Positions 50,975-63,865 of a stretch of 64,000 nt of DNA are shown piece after piece. The DNA is from an uncultured Pelagibacteraceae bacterium. Lineage in GTDB: Bacteria; Pseudomonadota; Alphaproteobacteria; Pelagibacterales; Pelagibacteraceae. The position numbers and the translations under genes are program-made. The stretch is from the NCBI GenBank assembly GCA_902579285.1, contig CACHGA010000002.1:7906-71905 (forward strand). The letters run 5' to 3'. Under the pieces are notes generated by a model. That model worked only from the letters and a program-made list of their open reading frames with translations, was not told the DNA's origin and ran no database searches. The number at the start of each line of letters is the position of its first letter. The stretch's first letter is position 1.

Positions 50975-51736
50975 TTATTTCTTTTTTGGTTGCTCCTGTT
51001 TAACTGGTTTTTTTTCAGCGGTTTTTTTATCAGCGGGTTTGTTTTCATTTTTTTCATTTGGACTTGTATTTTTTGCATACTTTTCAGCAGAGGTTTTTCG
51101 ATTGAATGTTTTTACTGATTTTCTTAATAAAACAACTGAATTTTTTGACCCCGGGATTGAACCTTTTAAATACAGTAAACTATTTTCTAAATCTGATTTA
51201 ATTATTTCTAAGTTTAACATAGTTCTGTTTTTTGCTCCCATGTGCCCGGCCATTTTTTTACCTTTAAAAACTTTTCCTGGATCCTGGTTTTGTCCTGTTG
51301 AACCATGAGATCTATGAGATACTGAAACACCATGAGAAGCCCTTAATCCAGCAAAATTATATCTCTTCATTACTCCGGCAAAACCTTTACCTATTGTCTG
51401 AGATCTTACGTCTACAAATTTAACATCTTTTAAAGTTTCTAATCCTATTTCGTTACCTGTTTTATAGTCATCAGTTTTTTCTAACCTAAATTCTTTAATT
51501 ATTTTCTTTGGTTCTGTATTTTTTTTTGCAAAAAAACCCTTCATTTGATTTGTGAGTTTTGAACTTTTTAAATTAATAAAGCCCAATTTGACTGCTGAAT
51601 AACCATTCTTTTCTTTTGTATAAATATCGATAACTCTTCCCTTCTCGATTTTCAAAACGGTTACAGGAATAGAGACACCAGAGTCAAAGAATTCCCTGGT
51701 CATTCCAATTTTTTTTCCTATTAATCCTAAGCTCAT
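50975..51736 (-). CDS. rplC: 50S ribosomal protein L3
   Basis: Canonical L3 core (GKGFAGVMKRYNFAG...) with a Lys-rich C-terminal extension. Confidence 0.97.
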   Translation of the reverse strand: MSLGLIGKKIGMTREFFDSGVSIPVTVLKIEKGRVIDIYTKEKNGYSAVKLGFINLKSSKLTNQMKGFFAKKNTEPKKIIKEFRLEKTDDYKTGNEIGLETLKDVKFVDVRSQTIGKGFAGVMKRYNFAGLRASHGVSVSHRSHGSTGQNQDPGKVFKGKKMAGHMGAKNRTMLNLEIIKSDLENSLLYLKGSIPGSKNSVVLLRKSVKTFNRKTSAEKYAKNTSPNEKNENKPADKKTAEKKPVKQEQPKKK

Positions 51737-51738
51737 AA

Positions 51739-52047
51739 TTATATTTTAATTTCTATGTTTACCCCTGAAGCTAAATCTAATTTCATTAATGCTTCTACTG
51801 TTTGAGGTGTTGGTTCGACAATATCTATTAATCTTTTGTGGGTTCTTGTCTCAAATTGTTCTCTACTTTTTTTATCAATATGTGGTGATCTAAGCACTGT
51901 GAATTTTTCAATTTTTGTAGGCAATGGTATTGGTCCTTTTACCTGTGCACCAGTACGTTTTGCTGTATTTACAATTTCTTGAGTTGATATATCCAAGATT
52001 TTATTGTCGTAAGCTTTTAGATGTATTCTGATATTTTGTTTATCCAT
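51739..52047 (-). CDS. rpsJ: 30S ribosomal protein S10
   Basis: Contains IRIHLKAYD...[13 protein letters not shown]; 102 aa. Confidence 0.98.
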   Translation of the reverse strand: MDKQNIRIHLKAYDNKILDISTQEIVNTAKRTGAQVKGPIPLPTKIEKFTVLRSPHIDKKSREQFETRTHKRLIDIVEPTPQTVEALMKLDLASGVNIEIKI

Positions 52048-52049
52048 TT

Positions 52050-54125
52050 TTATGCCATTTTTTTTGTTACTTCGTCTTGAACGTTTTGAGGAACTTTTGA
52101 GTAATGATCGAAAAACATTGAATACTGTGCTCTCCCTTGAGACATTGATCTTAAATTATTTATGTAACCAAACATATTTGCTAAGGGCACCATCGCGCTT
52201 ATAACAGTCGCATTACCTCTTTTGTCTGTAGTTGAAACCTGCCCTCTCCTACTATTTAAATCTCCAATAACATCTCCCATATAGTCTTCTGGTGTTATTA
52301 CTTCAACTCTCATTACTGGCTCTAAAAGTTTTAGACCAGCTTTAGTACATGCTTCTTTAAAACAATATCTTGATGCTATTTCGAATGCTAGAACACTTGA
52401 GTCTACATCGTGATGTAATCCGTCAACAATTGTAACTTTATAATCTATAAGAGGAAAACCTGCTAAAATACCGTTATCTGCAACACTCTCAACACCTTTT
52501 TCCACTCCTGGAATAAACTCTTTAGGTATTGAACCTCCTTTAATCTTATTTTCTACTTCTCTTCCCTTACCTGGTTCAAGTGGTTCGACATTTAATTCAA
52601 CTTTTGCAAATTGTCCTGCGCCTCCACTTTGTTTTTTGTGAATATAAACATTCGACACTGGTTTTTGGATAGTTTCTCTATAAGCAACTTGTGGAGCACC
52701 TATATTCGCCTCAACTTTGAATTCTCTTTTCATTCTGTCGACAATGATATCTAAATGAAGCTCACCCATTCCTTTAATAATAGTTTGTCCGGACTCTTCA
52801 TCTGATGTAACTCTAAAAGAAGGATCTTCTTTAGCCAGTCTACCTAAAGCTTCTCCCATTTTTTCTTGGTCGCCTTTAGTTTTAGGTTCAACAGCAATTT
52901 CTATTACTGGATCTGGGAATTCCATTGGCTCTAACACGACGGGTTTGTCCTCTTCTGATAATGTGTGTCCAGTAATCGTATATTTTAAACCAGCTAAAGC
53001 AACTATATCACCAGTATTTGCCTCTTTAACGTCTTCTCTACTATTAGCATGCATCAACAACATTCTTCCAACTCTTTCCTCTTTATCTCTTGATGTGTTG
53101 TAAACACCAGTTCCTGATTTTAAAGTTCCAGAATAAATTCTTATAAATGTTAAAGAGCCTACGAAAGGATCGTTTGCAACCTTGAAAGCCAGAGCTGAAA
53201 ATGGCTCTTTATCGTCAAATTTTCTCTCAACTTCATCTTTTGAATTTGGTTTTGTTCCTTTAATTGAATTAATGTCTTTTGGGCTAGGTAAAAAATCTAT
53301 AACTGCATCAAGTAACGGCTGGACACCTTTGTTTTTAAAAGCTGAACCTGTTAGGACTGGTACAAAATCAAATTTTAAACATCCCTTACGTATACAAGAA
53401 ATTATATCTTTTTCAGATATTTCTTTTCCATTTAAATAGTCATCCATTAATTTTTCATCTTGCTCTACTGCAGTTTCTATAAGTTCTTTTCTGTATTTTT
53501 CAGCCTGGTCTTTCAAGTCTGGTGGAATATCTGTGTATTCGAATTCTGCTCCAAGTTTTTCATCTTTCCACAAAACTGCTTTCATTTTAACTAAATCTAT
53601 AACTCCCTTTAAAGATGCTTCTATGCCTACAGGAATTTGCATTACTAATGGTTTAGCTCCCAGTCTATCCTTAATCATTTCAACACAATTAAAAAAATCA
53701 GCTCCAGTTCTATCTAGTTTATTTACAAAGCAAATCCTTGGAACTTTATATTTATCTGCTTGTCTCCAAACTGTTTCTGATTGTGGTTCGACACCAGCAA
53801 CGCCATCAAAAACTGCCACTGCACCATCTAGTACTTTAAGAGATCGCTCTACTTCAATCGTAAAATCTACGTGTCCAGGTGTATCTATTATGTTTATTCT
53901 GTGTTCTCTCCAAAAGCATGTCGTTGCTGCTGAAGTAATTGTGATTCCTCTTTCTTGTTCTTGTTCCATCCAATCCATTGTGGCGGCACCATCATGTACC
54001 TCACCAATCTTATGACTCTTACCAGTGTAATATAAAATTCTTTCTGTCGTTGTAGTTTTTCCAGCATCAATGTGAGCCATGATACCGATGTTTCTATATT
54101 TGTCTAAGGTATGAGTTCTAGGCAT
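52050..54125 (-). CDS. fusA: translation elongation factor G
   Basis: Contains [16 protein letters not shown] and DTPGHVDF. The ATG at 54125 gives the canonical N-terminus [15 protein letters not shown]. The ORF-track start at 54149 overlaps rpsG. Confidence 0.97.
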   Translation of the reverse strand: MPRTHTLDKYRNIGIMAHIDAGKTTTTERILYYTGKSHKIGEVHDGAATMDWMEQEQERGITITSAATTCFWREHRINIIDTPGHVDFTIEVERSLKVLDGAVAVFDGVAGVEPQSETVWRQADKYKVPRICFVNKLDRTGADFFNCVEMIKDRLGAKPLVMQIPVGIEASLKGVIDLVKMKAVLWKDEKLGAEFEYTDIPPDLKDQAEKYRKELIETAVEQDEKLMDDYLNGKEISEKDIISCIRKGCLKFDFVPVLTGSAFKNKGVQPLLDAVIDFLPSPKDINSIKGTKPNSKDEVERKFDDKEPFSALAFKVANDPFVGSLTFIRIYSGTLKSGTGVYNTSRDKEERVGRMLLMHANSREDVKEANTGDIVALAGLKYTITGHTLSEEDKPVVLEPMEFPDPVIEIAVEPKTKGDQEKMGEALGRLAKEDPSFRVTSDEESGQTIIKGMGELHLDIIVDRMKREFKVEANIGAPQVAYRETIQKPVSNVYIHKKQSGGAGQFAKVELNVEPLEPGKGREVENKIKGGSIPKEFIPGVEKGVESVADNGILAGFPLIDYKVTIVDGLHHDVDSSVLAFEIASRYCFKEACTKAGLKLLEPVMRVEVITPEDYMGDVIGDLNSRRGQVSTTDKRGNATVISAMVPLANMFGYINNLRSMSQGRAQYSMFFDHYSKVPQNVQDEVTKKMA

Positions 54126-54129
54126 TTTA

Positions 54130-54597
54130 TTACCATCTAAAATGTGCAAAAGCCTTATTAGACTCTGCCATTTTATGTGTGTCCTCTCTTTTTTTTACTG
54201 CTGAACCTTTATTCTGAGACGCATCCATTATTTCATAAAATAATTTTTCAGCCATAGTTTTATTTTTTCGTTTTCTTGAAGCATCGAGAAGCCATCTGAG
54301 GGCTAATGCTTGTGATCTATTTGATTTAACCTCAACTGGAACCTGGTAAGTAGCACCTCCGACTCTTCGTGATCTAACTTCAAGATTTGGTCTTACATTC
54401 CCAATAGCTGAATTAAAAACTTTAAGTGGATCTTGGTTTTTAGCTTTCATTTTTTCTAGAGCTGAATATAATATTTTTTCAGCTGTTGATCTTTTACCAT
54501 CATACATTATCGAATTAATAAATTTTGAAATAACTTCAGATTTATATTTAGGATCAGGATAATTTTTTCTTTTAGGAGCTTTTCTTTTTCTAGACAT
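54130..54597 (-). CDS. rpsG: 30S ribosomal protein S7
   Basis: S7 sequence in the str-operon position; 155 aa. Confidence 0.97.
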   Translation of the reverse strand: MSRKRKAPKRKNYPDPKYKSEVISKFINSIMYDGKRSTAEKILYSALEKMKAKNQDPLKVFNSAIGNVRPNLEVRSRRVGGATYQVPVEVKSNRSQALALRWLLDASRKRKNKTMAEKLFYEIMDASQNKGSAVKKREDTHKMAESNKAFAHFRW

Positions 54598-54605
54598 AAT
54601 TTAAA

Positions 54606-54977
54606 TTATTTTGGTTTTTTTGCACCATATAAGGAACGTCTTTTTCTTCTTGTACTTACGCCCTGTGCATCAAGGTTTCCACGTAATATATGGTATCTAA
54701 CACCTGGTAAATCTTTTACTCTACCACCTCTTATTAAAACTACTGAGTGTTCTTGTAAATTGTGTCCCTCACCAGGAATGTAAGCTGTAACTTCGTATCC
54801 GTTTGATAATCTTACTCTTGCAACTTTTCTTAATGCTGAATTAGGTTTTTTTGGGGTTGTTGTGTAAACTTTAATACATACACCTCTTTTAATTGGTTGT
54901 TTTTCTAAAGCCGGAACCTTGTTTCTAGATAAAGGTTTGACTCTAGGTTTTCTCAATAATTGACTTATAGTTGGCAT
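54606..54977 (-). CDS. rpsL: 30S ribosomal protein S12
   Basis: Contains the [13 protein letters not shown]-terminus and the [10 protein letters not shown] motif. Confidence 0.98.
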   Translation of the reverse strand: MPTISQLLRKPRVKPLSRNKVPALEKQPIKRGVCIKVYTTTPKKPNSALRKVARVRLSNGYEVTAYIPGEGHNLQEHSVVLIRGGRVKDLPGVRYHILRGNLDAQGVSTRRKRRSLYGAKKPK

Positions 54978-55161
54978 AAATTTTAATATTAGTTAATTAA
55001 GATAGAAAATAAGGCAGGACAATTTTTCCAAATTTTAGTTATGGTTTAAGGTCACAAAAACCTTACTTTATAACTATCAAAATTGCGCTAAACTAACATT
55101 GAAGTATGAAAAGTCAATGATTAAAGGTATCAAAAAGACCAATGGTAGCGGCGTTTTTTGC

Positions 55162-58100
55162 TTATGTTTTGGTTTCTTCTTGTTTAATTTCTAGTTCTTT
55201 TTTTTCGAGTTGCTCTAATCTAATTTTGTCTTGTTCTTGAGCAACTTTATTTAATTTATTCTTGGTAAATCCAGTACCTGCAGGAATTAGTCTACCCACT
55301 ATTACATTTTCTTTAAGTCCCTCTAAACTATCTGTTTTTCCTTTGATTGCTGAATCCGTCAGCACTCTTGTTGTTTCTTGAAACGATGCAGCTGATATAA
55401 AAGAATTTGTTTGTAATGATGCTTTGGTAATTCCTAAAAGAACTCTTTCACCGTTAGCCGGCTTTTTGTTATCTTTTTTTAATTCTGAATTAATTTCCTC
55501 AAGCTTAATTTTATCGATCATTTCTCCATTTAATAATTTTGATTCACCAGGATCTTTAATTTCAACTTTTTTTAACATTTGTCTAACAATTGTTTCGATA
55601 TGCTTATCGTTAATCACAACTCCTTGCATTCTATAAACTTCTTGGACTTCACTAACAAAATATTCTGTAAGAGCTTCAACTCCTAAAATTCTCAAAATAT
55701 CATGTGGCGCTGGAGCTCCATCAAGTAAATATTCACCTTTTTTAATTTTCTCTCCCTGGTTAAAATTTGTGTGTTTGCCTTTTGGTATTAAATAATTGGA
55801 TGAATTTCCATCAGAAGTTACTATTGAAATTTTTTGCTTACCCCTTACTTCTTTACCAAACTGAATTGTTCCGTCATTTTCAGCAATAATTGCACTATCT
55901 TTAGGTCTTCTTGCCTCGAATAGTTCAGCAACTCTTGGAAGACCTCCTGTGATATCTTTAGTTTTAGAAGTTTCTTTTGGCAATCTTGCTAATACATCTC
56001 CAGCAGATATTTTTTGACCATCCTTAACAGATAATATTGAGTCAGGCACCAGATAATATCTTGCTTCATTTCCATCAGCTTTTTTAATAACTTCGCCATC
56101 ATTATTTCTGAGTGTAATCCTTGGTTTCAAATCTGAATTTTTTGATTGCGATCTCCAATCCAAAACTGATTTTGCTGATATACCTGTTGCATCGTCAAGG
56201 GTTTCAGCTAAAGAAACACCTTCAACTAAATCCATATAATTTGCTTCACCTCCAGTTTCAGCAATCACTGGTAAAGTATAAGGATCCCACTCACATATCT
56301 TTTTACCTTTACCTACTTTATCTCCGTGTTGAAAATATATTTTTGCTCCGTAAGGAATTTTGTATAAAGCAAGTTGCCTTCCATTATCATCTTCTAATGA
56401 TAATTGTGTATTTCTACCCATAACAATTGTATTATTTTTTGAGTCTTTAATTAAATTTTTATTATTTATTTTAAGTATTCCCTGATTTACAGAAATTACA
56501 GATGACTCCTCTTTAATTTGAGCAGTACCTCCTACGTGGAATGTTCTCATGGTTAATTGAGTTCCTGGTTCACCAATAGACTGTGCAGCTATCATACCGA
56601 CCGCCTCACCTATACTAACTAATTTACCTCTAGCTAGATCCCTTCCATAACTCATGGCACAAACTCCACTTTTTGAACCACATGTAATTACTGAATAAAC
56701 TTTTACTGATTTAACCCCTGCTGCATCAATTTTTTCACAATCAAATTCATCAATTAGCTTTTCTTTTTTTATTAAAACTTCTCCGGTAATAGGGTTTTTA
56801 ATATCTTCGCCAATTACTCTTCCTAGAACTCTTTCGGACAAACTAACTAGAACATTACCGCCCTCTATAATTTCTGACAGTGTAATTGTAGATTTGGATT
56901 TACAATCACATTCTTTTTTAGTGATTTGTAAATCTTGTGCAACGTCACATAATCTTCTTGTAAGATATCCTGAGTTAGCTGTCTTTAATGCTGTATCGGC
57001 TAGTCCTTTTCTGGCACCATGGGTCGAATTAAAATACTCCAAAACCGTTAATCCTTCTTTAAAATTTGAAACAATAGGTTGTTCTATAATTTCACCTGAA
57101 GGTTTTGCAATTAACCCTCGCATACCAGCTAATTGTTTCATTTGCGCAGGCGATCCCCTAGCACCTGAATCAGCCATCATATAAACTGAATTTGTTTCAA
57201 TTCTTCCATCTGGGTATTTTTTTTCAGCCGAAGAAATCTCTTTCATCATTTCATTCGCTATAGAGTCTGTGCATTTTGACCATATATCAACAACTTTATT
57301 GTATTTTTCGCCTCTTGTTATTAAACCGTCCTGATATTGTTTTTCGTATTCCTCTATTTGCTTTTTGGTTTGGTTTACTAATTTTTCTTTAGTCTTAGGA
57401 ATTATCAAGTCATTCTTTCCAAAAGAAATTCCTGCTTTAAAAGCGTGTTTAAAACCAAGTTCTTTTATACTATCACAAAAAATAACAGTTTGTTTTTGTC
57501 CGCAAAATCTATAGACAGTATCAATTATTTCGGAAACAGCTTTTTTATTAAGCAATTTATTTACTAGAGAAAAACTGATTTTATGATGTTTTGGCAATGT
57601 CTCTGCCAATAAAAATCTTCCTGCTGTACTTTGATGTTTCTCAACAATTTTTTTTCCATCTTTATCAATTGTAGAAAATTGTGATATAATTTTCGAGTGA
57701 ATGCTAATAAGTTTTCTTTCTAAAGCATTATTAATTTCATCGACATTTAAAAAGATACCTTGGGGTTTATCCTTTTCATTATCCTTAGATTGAGATAAAT
57801 AATATATTCCCAAAACGATATCCTGACTTGGTACAATGATTGGTTTTCCGTTTGATGGGCTTAATATATTATTAGTAGACATCATTAGTACTCTTGCTTC
57901 AAGTTGGGCCTCTAAACTTAATGGTATATGTACAGCCATTTGGTCACCATCAAAATCTGCATTGAATGCTGCACAAACCAAAGGGTGTAATTCAATTGCA
58001 TTTCCCTCAATAAGTTTTGCTTCAAATGCTTGGACTCCTAATCTGTGTAAAGTTGGTGCTCTATTTAATAGTACAGGGTGTTCTCGTATAATATATTCTA

Positions 58101-59340
58101 ACGAGTCCCATACCTCGCTTCTTTGCTTTTCAACCATTCTTTTTGCTTGCTTAATTGTTGTTGCTAAACCAAGTTTGGCAAGTCTAGCGTATAAAAAAGG
58201 TTTAAAAAGTTCTAAAGCCATTTTTTTTGGCAATCCGCATTGGTGTAATTTTAATTCTGGACCAACAACAATAACCGATCTTCCTGAATAATCGACTCTT
58301 TTACCAAGTAAATTTTGCCTAAACCTTCCTTGTTTTCCTTTTAACATTTCGGCTAAGGATTTAAGTGGTCTTTTCCCAGTACCAGTAATTACTCTTCCTC
58401 GTCTTCCGTTGTCAAATAAAGCATCAACGGACTCTTGCAACATTCTTTTTTCATTTCTAACAATAATTTCTGGAGCTTTTAGATCTAATAATCGCTTCAA
58501 TCTGTTATTTCTATTTATCACTCTTCTGTAAAGATCATTAAGATCTGAAGTCGCAAATCTTCCTCCATCTAAAGGAACCAAAGGTCTTAGTTCAGGTGGT
58601 ATAACCGGTATTGTTGTTAAAATCATCCATTCAGGTTTGTTTCCGGACTCAATAAATGAATCTAGAAGTTTTAATCTTTTTAAAGTTCTTTCTTCAGTAA
58701 CTTTTGATTTTGTTTCTTTAAGAGAAACTGTTAATTTTTCTCTTTCTTTTTTTAAATCTATATTTATTAATATCTCTCTTACTGCTTCAGCCCCTATACC
58801 AGCGGTAAATCCATCCTCCCCGTATTTTTCTTGCGCTTTGCTATATTCATCTTCTGTTAATAGCTGCCCTTTTTTTAGTTCAGTCAATCCTGGCTCAATT
58901 ACAATAAAACTCTCAAAATATAATACTTTTTCTACTTCCTTTAGTTTCATATCTATTGCTAAAGAGATTCTGCTTGGCAAAGATTTTAAAAACCAAATAT
59001 GTGCTACAGGACATGAAAGATTAATATGCCCCATTCTTTCTCTTCTAACATTAGACTTTGTTACTTCTACTCCACACTTTTCACAAATAATTCCTCTAAA
59101 TTTCATTCTTTTATATTTTCCGCACAAGCATTCATAGTCCCTAACTGGACCAAAAATTCTTGCACAGAAAAGTCCGTCTTTTTCCGGTCTGAATGTTCTG
59201 TAATTAATTGTTTCAGGTTTTTTTATTTCACCAAAAGACCATGATTTAATCTTATCTGGACTTGCCAATGTAATTTTTATATGACTAAAATTCTTTTCTG
59301 GTAATTTTTGTTTATTGTCTTTAAATAATTGTTTTCTCAT
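55162..59340 (-). CDS. rpoC: DNA-directed RNA polymerase beta' subunit
   Basis: 1392 aa with the [12 protein letters not shown] catalytic motif. Confidence 0.98.
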   Translation of the reverse strand: MRKQLFKDNKQKLPEKNFSHIKITLASPDKIKSWSFGEIKKPETINYRTFRPEKDGLFCARIFGPVRDYECLCGKYKRMKFRGIICEKCGVEVTKSNVRRERMGHINLSCPVAHIWFLKSLPSRISLAIDMKLKEVEKVLYFESFIVIEPGLTELKKGQLLTEDEYSKAQEKYGEDGFTAGIGAEAVREILINIDLKKEREKLTVSLKETKSKVTEERTLKRLKLLDSFIESGNKPEWMILTTIPVIPPELRPLVPLDGGRFATSDLNDLYRRVINRNNRLKRLLDLKAPEIIVRNEKRMLQESVDALFDNGRRGRVITGTGKRPLKSLAEMLKGKQGRFRQNLLGKRVDYSGRSVIVVGPELKLHQCGLPKKMALELFKPFLYARLAKLGLATTIKQAKRMVEKQRSEVWDSLEYIIREHPVLLNRAPTLHRLGVQAFEAKLIEGNAIELHPLVCAAFNADFDGDQMAVHIPLSLEAQLEARVLMMSTNNILSPSNGKPIIVPSQDIVLGIYYLSQSKDNEKDKPQGIFLNVDEINNALERKLISIHSKIISQFSTIDKDGKKIVEKHQSTAGRFLLAETLPKHHKISFSLVNKLLNKKAVSEIIDTVYRFCGQKQTVIFCDSIKELGFKHAFKAGISFGKNDLIIPKTKEKLVNQTKKQIEEYEKQYQDGLITRGEKYNKVVDIWSKCTDSIANEMMKEISSAEKKYPDGRIETNSVYMMADSGARGSPAQMKQLAGMRGLIAKPSGEIIEQPIVSNFKEGLTVLEYFNSTHGARKGLADTALKTANSGYLTRRLCDVAQDLQITKKECDCKSKSTITLSEIIEGGNVLVSLSERVLGRVIGEDIKNPITGEVLIKKEKLIDEFDCEKIDAAGVKSVKVYSVITCGSKSGVCAMSYGRDLARGKLVSIGEAVGMIAAQSIGEPGTQLTMRTFHVGGTAQIKEESSVISVNQGILKINNKNLIKDSKNNTIVMGRNTQLSLEDDNGRQLALYKIPYGAKIYFQHGDKVGKGKKICEWDPYTLPVIAETGGEANYMDLVEGVSLAETLDDATGISAKSVLDWRSQSKNSDLKPRITLRNNDGEVIKKADGNEARYYLVPDSILSVKDGQKISAGDVLARLPKETSKTKDITGGLPRVAELFEARRPKDSAIIAENDGTIQFGKEVRGKQKISIVTSDGNSSNYLIPKGKHTNFNQGEKIKKGEYLLDGAPAPHDILRILGVEALTEYFVSEVQEVYRMQGVVINDKHIETIVRQMLKKVEIKDPGESKLLNGEMIDKIKLEEINSELKKDNKKPANGERVLLGITKASLQTNSFISAASFQETTRVLTDSAIKGKTDSLEGLKENVIVGRLIPAGTGFTKNKLNKVAQEQDKIRLEQLEKKELEIKQEETKT

Positions 59341-59344
59341 TTTT

Positions 59345-62300
59345 TTAATTTAATTCTATATTTAACCCTAAGGCTCTAATTTCTTTAACTAAAACATTAA
59401 ATGACTCAGGTATACCAGACTCAAAATTTTCGTCTCCTTTAACAATTGTCTCATAAACCTTAGTTCTCCCTGCAACATCATCTGATTTCACTGTTAAAAT
59501 TTCTTGAAGAGTATATGAAGCTCCATAAGCTTCTAGTGCCCACACTTCCATTTCTCCAAACCTTTGTCCTCCTAATTGCGCCTTTCCTCCTAAAGGTTGT
59601 TGAGTTACTAAACTATAAGGGCCTGTAGATCTTGCGTGAATTTTGTCTTCTACAAGATGGTGTAATTTTAACATATAAATTATTCCCACTGTAATTGGCC
59701 TGTCAAACTTTTCTCCCGTTCTTCCATCCCACAAGTTTGTTTGGCCTGTGTTTGGCAAGTTTGCTAATTCAAGCATTTTAGTAATATCTTCAGTTGAGGC
59801 ACCATCAAAAACAGGTGTAGCTATTGGAATTCCATTGGAGAGATTACCACAAAGTTCTTTTAATTCTTTCTTCTCGAATTTTTTAATTACATCATTGTAT
59901 ATTTCTTTTCCATAAATACCTTCTAATGTACTTGTAAGATTAGTTTCAGGTTTTTTATTAAAATACTCATCAGATAATTTTCTTATTTTCTCTCCTAATT
60001 CAGAACATGACCATCCTAAGTGAGTCTCTAAAATTTGACCTACATTCATTCTACTTGGAACTCCAAGGGGGTTTAATACAATATCAACTGGTTTTCCACT
60101 TTCCATGTATGGCATATCCTCTACTGGGACGATTTTACTTATAACACCCTTGTTTCCGTGTCTTCCTGCCATTTTATCTCCTGGCATTAATCTCCTTTTT
60201 ACAGCAACAAAAACTTTAACTACTTTCATTACTGTGGGTAATAAATCATCTCCTTGTTTAATTTTTAAGACTTTATCTTCAAACCTTAATTGAATATCTT
60301 TTTGTGCGCTGTTATATTGATCTTTTAATTGAAAGACTTTATCGTTTGTGTCTTTATTTTTTAATTCTAATTTCCAATATTCCTTAATATTTAAATTATC
60401 CAATAATTCTTTATCTAACATTTCTCCAGCTTTTAAACTCTTATATGGTTTTGTTAGCTCTTGTTTTTTTAAAATATCATTCAAACGTAATTTTATGTTT
60501 CTTTCTAAAATTTCTTCTTCGACTTGTTTGTCTTCTTGAACAGACTCTATTTCTGATCTTTCAATAGCAATAGTTCTCTCATCTTTTTCTACACCATGTC
60601 TATTAAACACCCTTACGTCTACAACTACACCGCCACTACCAGGGGGTAGTTTAAGTGAACTATCTCTGACATCGGTAGCTTTTTCACCAAATATTGATCT
60701 TAATAATTTTTCTTCTGGACTAGAAGCAGTTTCACCTTTTGGTGTTACTTTTCCAACCAAAATATCGCCAGGATTTACTTCTGCTCCAATGTAAACTACT
60801 CCAGATTCATCTAGGTTTCTCAAACTTTCTTCACTAACATTTGGTATATCTCTTGTTATCTCTTCTGTTCCTAACTTTGTATCTCTAGCCATTAATTCAT
60901 GTTCTTCAATATGTATTGAGGTAAAAACGTCATCAGTTACACATCTTTCTGAAATAAGAATAGAGTCTTCAAAATTATATCCTTGCCAAGGCATGAAAGC
61001 GACTGTTACATTTTTTCCTAAAGCAAGTTCACCGAGTTTTGTAGCTGGACCGTCTGCAATAATATCTCCTTTTTTGATCACATCCCCAACTTTGACAAGC
61101 GGTTTTTGGTTTATACAAGTATTTTGGTTTGATCTTTGAAATTTTAATAAGTTATAAATGTCAACACCAGATTTTGAAAAATTTTTTTCTTCGGTAGCTT
61201 TAACTACTATTCTTTTTCCGTCAATTTTATCTACCACTCCATTTCTACTTGCAACTATCGTGACACCAGAGTCTAATGCAACATCTCCTTCTATACCTGT
61301 TCCTACAAGTGGAGATTCTGGTTTTAATAACGGAACAGCTTGGCGCATCATGTTTGAACCCATTAAAGCTCTATTGGCATCATCATTTTCTAAGAAAGGA
61401 ATTAAAGATGCAGCAACGGAAACTAACTGTTTCGGCGAAACATCTATGTAATCTATATTTTCTCTTCTTGATAAAATAAAATTTAAACCCTTTCTGCATG
61501 AAACAAGTTCTTCAACAAAATTACCGTCGTTGTTAACGGGTGAATTAGCTTGTGCTATAGTGTATTTTTCTTCTTCGATAGCAGACAAATATTCTATTTT
61601 ATCTATAATTTTACCATTTGTGACTTTTTTATATGGGCTTTCAATGAAACCATATCGATTTACTTTTGAATATGTGGCTAAGCTGTTTATCAATCCAATA
61701 TTTGGGCCTTCTGGTGTTTCTATAGGACAAATTCTTCCATAATGCGTTGGATGAACATCTCTAACTTCAAAACCAGCTCTCTCTCTGGTTAAACCTCCAG
61801 GGCCAAGTGCAGAAACTCTTCTTTTGTGAGTTATTTCTGACAATGGATTTGTCTGATCCATAAATTGTGATAACTGAGATGTACCAAAAAAATCTTTAAA
61901 TGACGTAGTTATTGGTTTTGCATTAATTAAATCTTGAGGCATCGATGACTCTATTTCGAGTAGAGTTGACATTTTTTCCTTAATGGTTCTTTCCATTCTT
62001 ATTAGACCAATCCTGAACTGATTCTCAACTAATTCACCTACAGATCTTACTCGTCTATTTCCAAGATGATCTATGTCATCTACCTCACCCTTGCCATCTC
62101 TAAGATCAAGCATAAATTTTATAATTGAAATAATATCACTTGGAGTAAGTACTCTATTAGTTTCTGGGGTTTTTAAATTTAACTTTGCATTTAATTTAAC
62201 TCTACCAACATCAGATAAGTCATATCTTTCTTTGCTAAAATATAAATTTTTAAAAACCTCTTCTGCTATTTCTGAGCTAGGAGGTTCTCCTGGTCTTAAA

Positions 62301-63439
62301 ACTTTATAAATATCATTTAATGCTTCTTCTTTATTATTATTTTTATCAAGTTTTATTGTTTCAAAAATATATGGTCCTCTTATTATTGAATCCACATTTG
62401 CTAATTCAATTTTATATTTTTCTGATGATAGGATTTTATCTAATATTTCACTTGTTAAATTAAAACCTGATTTTAAAACTATCTCCCCACTTTTATCTTT
62501 AATATCCTCTTTGGTGTATTTACCAATCAATTCATCTTTTGAAACTAGAATTTCGTTCAAGCCTTTTTCTTTTAAATTCTTAGCTAAAACTATATTTAAT
62601 TTTTCGCCTTTTTTTAAAATTTTCTTTTTATTTTTTTTGTCTATTAAATCAAATTGAAGTTTTATTGGTCTTTTATATTTTTCAGGTTCAAATGATGTAG
62701 ACCAAGAATTTGTCGTTTTGTCGTAACTATAATTTTCATATGAGTAAAATGTTTTTAAAATTTCTTCTCTAGACTTCCCAAGAGCATACAAAAGTGTTGT
62801 TATAGGAATTTTCTTTTTTCTATCAATTCTAAAATACAGTATATCTTTGGGATCAAATTCAAAATCCAACCAAGAACCTCTGCCTGGTATTATTCTACAG
62901 TTAAATAGTAATTTTCCACTTGCGTGAGTTTTACCTTTGTCATGATCAAAAAATACACCTGGGCTTCTATGCATTTGATTTACTACGACTCTTTCAACTC
63001 CGTTAACCACAAATGTTCCACTAGGAGTCATAAGTGGTAGGTCACCAATAAAAACTTCTTGTTCTTTTGCTGATAGAATTTGTTTTGTATTTTCTACGTT
63101 ATCAATATCATAAACTACAAGTCTTAAAGTAGCTTTAAGTGCCGCTGAATATGTTAGACTTCTTTGTCTGCATTCGGTCACATCAAATTTAGGTTTGCTT
63201 AATCTATATGATATGAATTCCAATGAAGCTTTCTCAGATGCATCATTAATAGGAAAAACACTTTCAAATACTTTGGTCAAACCCTTACTATAAATTGAAT
63301 TATTTTTTTCAGCAGTTTTTGTTATGAATTCGTTAAATGAATTCTTTTGAACTTCAATTAGATTTGGTATTGATAAGGTTTCTTTTAATCTTCCGAAGTT
63401 TTTTCTAATACTTTTCTTTTGGGTAAAAGATAATTCCAT
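59345..63439 (-). CDS. rpoB: DNA-directed RNA polymerase beta subunit
   Basis: 1364 aa with conserved beta-subunit blocks ([31 protein letters not shown]). Confidence 0.98.
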   Translation of the reverse strand: MELSFTQKKSIRKNFGRLKETLSIPNLIEVQKNSFNEFITKTAEKNNSIYSKGLTKVFESVFPINDASEKASLEFISYRLSKPKFDVTECRQRSLTYSAALKATLRLVVYDIDNVENTKQILSAKEQEVFIGDLPLMTPSGTFVVNGVERVVVNQMHRSPGVFFDHDKGKTHASGKLLFNCRIIPGRGSWLDFEFDPKDILYFRIDRKKKIPITTLLYALGKSREEILKTFYSYENYSYDKTTNSWSTSFEPEKYKRPIKLQFDLIDKKNKKKILKKGEKLNIVLAKNLKEKGLNEILVSKDELIGKYTKEDIKDKSGEIVLKSGFNLTSEILDKILSSEKYKIELANVDSIIRGPYIFETIKLDKNNNKEEALNDIYKVLRPGEPPSSEIAEEVFKNLYFSKERYDLSDVGRVKLNAKLNLKTPETNRVLTPSDIISIIKFMLDLRDGKGEVDDIDHLGNRRVRSVGELVENQFRIGLIRMERTIKEKMSTLLEIESSMPQDLINAKPITTSFKDFFGTSQLSQFMDQTNPLSEITHKRRVSALGPGGLTRERAGFEVRDVHPTHYGRICPIETPEGPNIGLINSLATYSKVNRYGFIESPYKKVTNGKIIDKIEYLSAIEEEKYTIAQANSPVNNDGNFVEELVSCRKGLNFILSRRENIDYIDVSPKQLVSVAASLIPFLENDDANRALMGSNMMRQAVPLLKPESPLVGTGIEGDVALDSGVTIVASRNGVVDKIDGKRIVVKATEEKNFSKSGVDIYNLLKFQRSNQNTCINQKPLVKVGDVIKKGDIIADGPATKLGELALGKNVTVAFMPWQGYNFEDSILISERCVTDDVFTSIHIEEHELMARDTKLGTEEITRDIPNVSEESLRNLDESGVVYIGAEVNPGDILVGKVTPKGETASSPEEKLLRSIFGEKATDVRDSSLKLPPGSGGVVVDVRVFNRHGVEKDERTIAIERSEIESVQEDKQVEEEILERNIKLRLNDILKKQELTKPYKSLKAGEMLDKELLDNLNIKEYWKLELKNKDTNDKVFQLKDQYNSAQKDIQLRFEDKVLKIKQGDDLLPTVMKVVKVFVAVKRRLMPGDKMAGRHGNKGVISKIVPVEDMPYMESGKPVDIVLNPLGVPSRMNVGQILETHLGWSCSELGEKIRKLSDEYFNKKPETNLTSTLEGIYGKEIYNDVIKKFEKKELKELCGNLSNGIPIATPVFDGASTEDITKMLELANLPNTGQTNLWDGRTGEKFDRPITVGIIYMLKLHHLVEDKIHARSTGPYSLVTQQPLGGKAQLGGQRFGEMEVWALEAYGASYTLQEILTVKSDDVAGRTKVYETIVKGDENFESGIPESFNVLVKEIRALGLNIELN

Positions 63440-63482
63440 TCAACAAATAATTTTTTTTGGTACTACGAGAACTGTACCGACT

Positions 63483-63851
63483 TTATTTTAATTCTACTTT
63501 TGCTCCGGCAGCTTCTAATTTTTTCTTAGCTTCTTCAGCATCTTTTTTAGGCACCGCTTTTTTAATTTCTTTTGGAGCAGCTTCAACTAAATCCTTCGCT
63601 TCTTTTAATCCTAATCCAGTGATAGCTCTAACTTCTTTGATTACATTAATTTTTTTATCACCCGCAGCACTTAAAAATATTGTGAATTCGCTTTTTTCTT
63701 CCGCTGGTGCAGCTCCGCCTGCCGCTGGTGCTGCTGCTACTGGTGCCGCAGCTGTTACTCCCCACTTTTCTTCTAGTTGTTTTGAAAGCTCCGCAGCTTC
63801 AACTACGGTTAATTTTGAAAGTTCATCTATTATTTTATTTAGGTCAGCCAT
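63483..63851 (-). CDS. rplL: 50S ribosomal protein L7/L12
   Basis: 122 aa with an Ala/Pro hinge and a C-terminal domain ending GAKVELK. Confidence 0.97.
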   Translation of the reverse strand: MADLNKIIDELSKLTVVEAAELSKQLEEKWGVTAAAPVAAAPAAGGAAPAEEKSEFTIFLSAAGDKKINVIKEVRAITGLGLKEAKDLVEAAPKEIKKAVPKKDAEEAKKKLEAAGAKVELK

Positions 63852-63865
63852 TTGTAAAGATTTAA

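Noticed and set aside
50790-51308. 172-aa plus-strand ORF spanning the rplD/rplC junction.
   Set aside because: It is antisense to two highly conserved r-protein genes. Its F/L/S-rich sequence (FFFGCSCLTGFFSAVFLSAGLFSFFSF) is the mirror of Lys-rich AAA/AAG codons. It has no RBS context and no family resemblance.
53533-54015. 160-aa plus-strand ORF inside fusA.
   Set aside because: It is antisense to the most conserved part of EF-G (the G domain). Its composition is Ser/Thr/Ile-rich and low in complexity. This is a typical shadow ORF.
54978-55161. Checked the 184-nt rpoC-rpsL spacer for a tRNA, a small ORF or leader peptide, or an intrinsic terminator.
   Set aside because: There are no tRNA T-loop or acceptor features. 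The longest ATG ORFs are 3-4 codons. The ACC-AUU-GGU stem followed by CUUUUU is too short to call a terminator.
57836-59137. Two plus-strand ORFs (151 and 166 aa) inside rpoC.
   Set aside because: Both are antisense shadows of rpoC. They have no recognisable motifs, and rpoC conservation fully explains the sequence.
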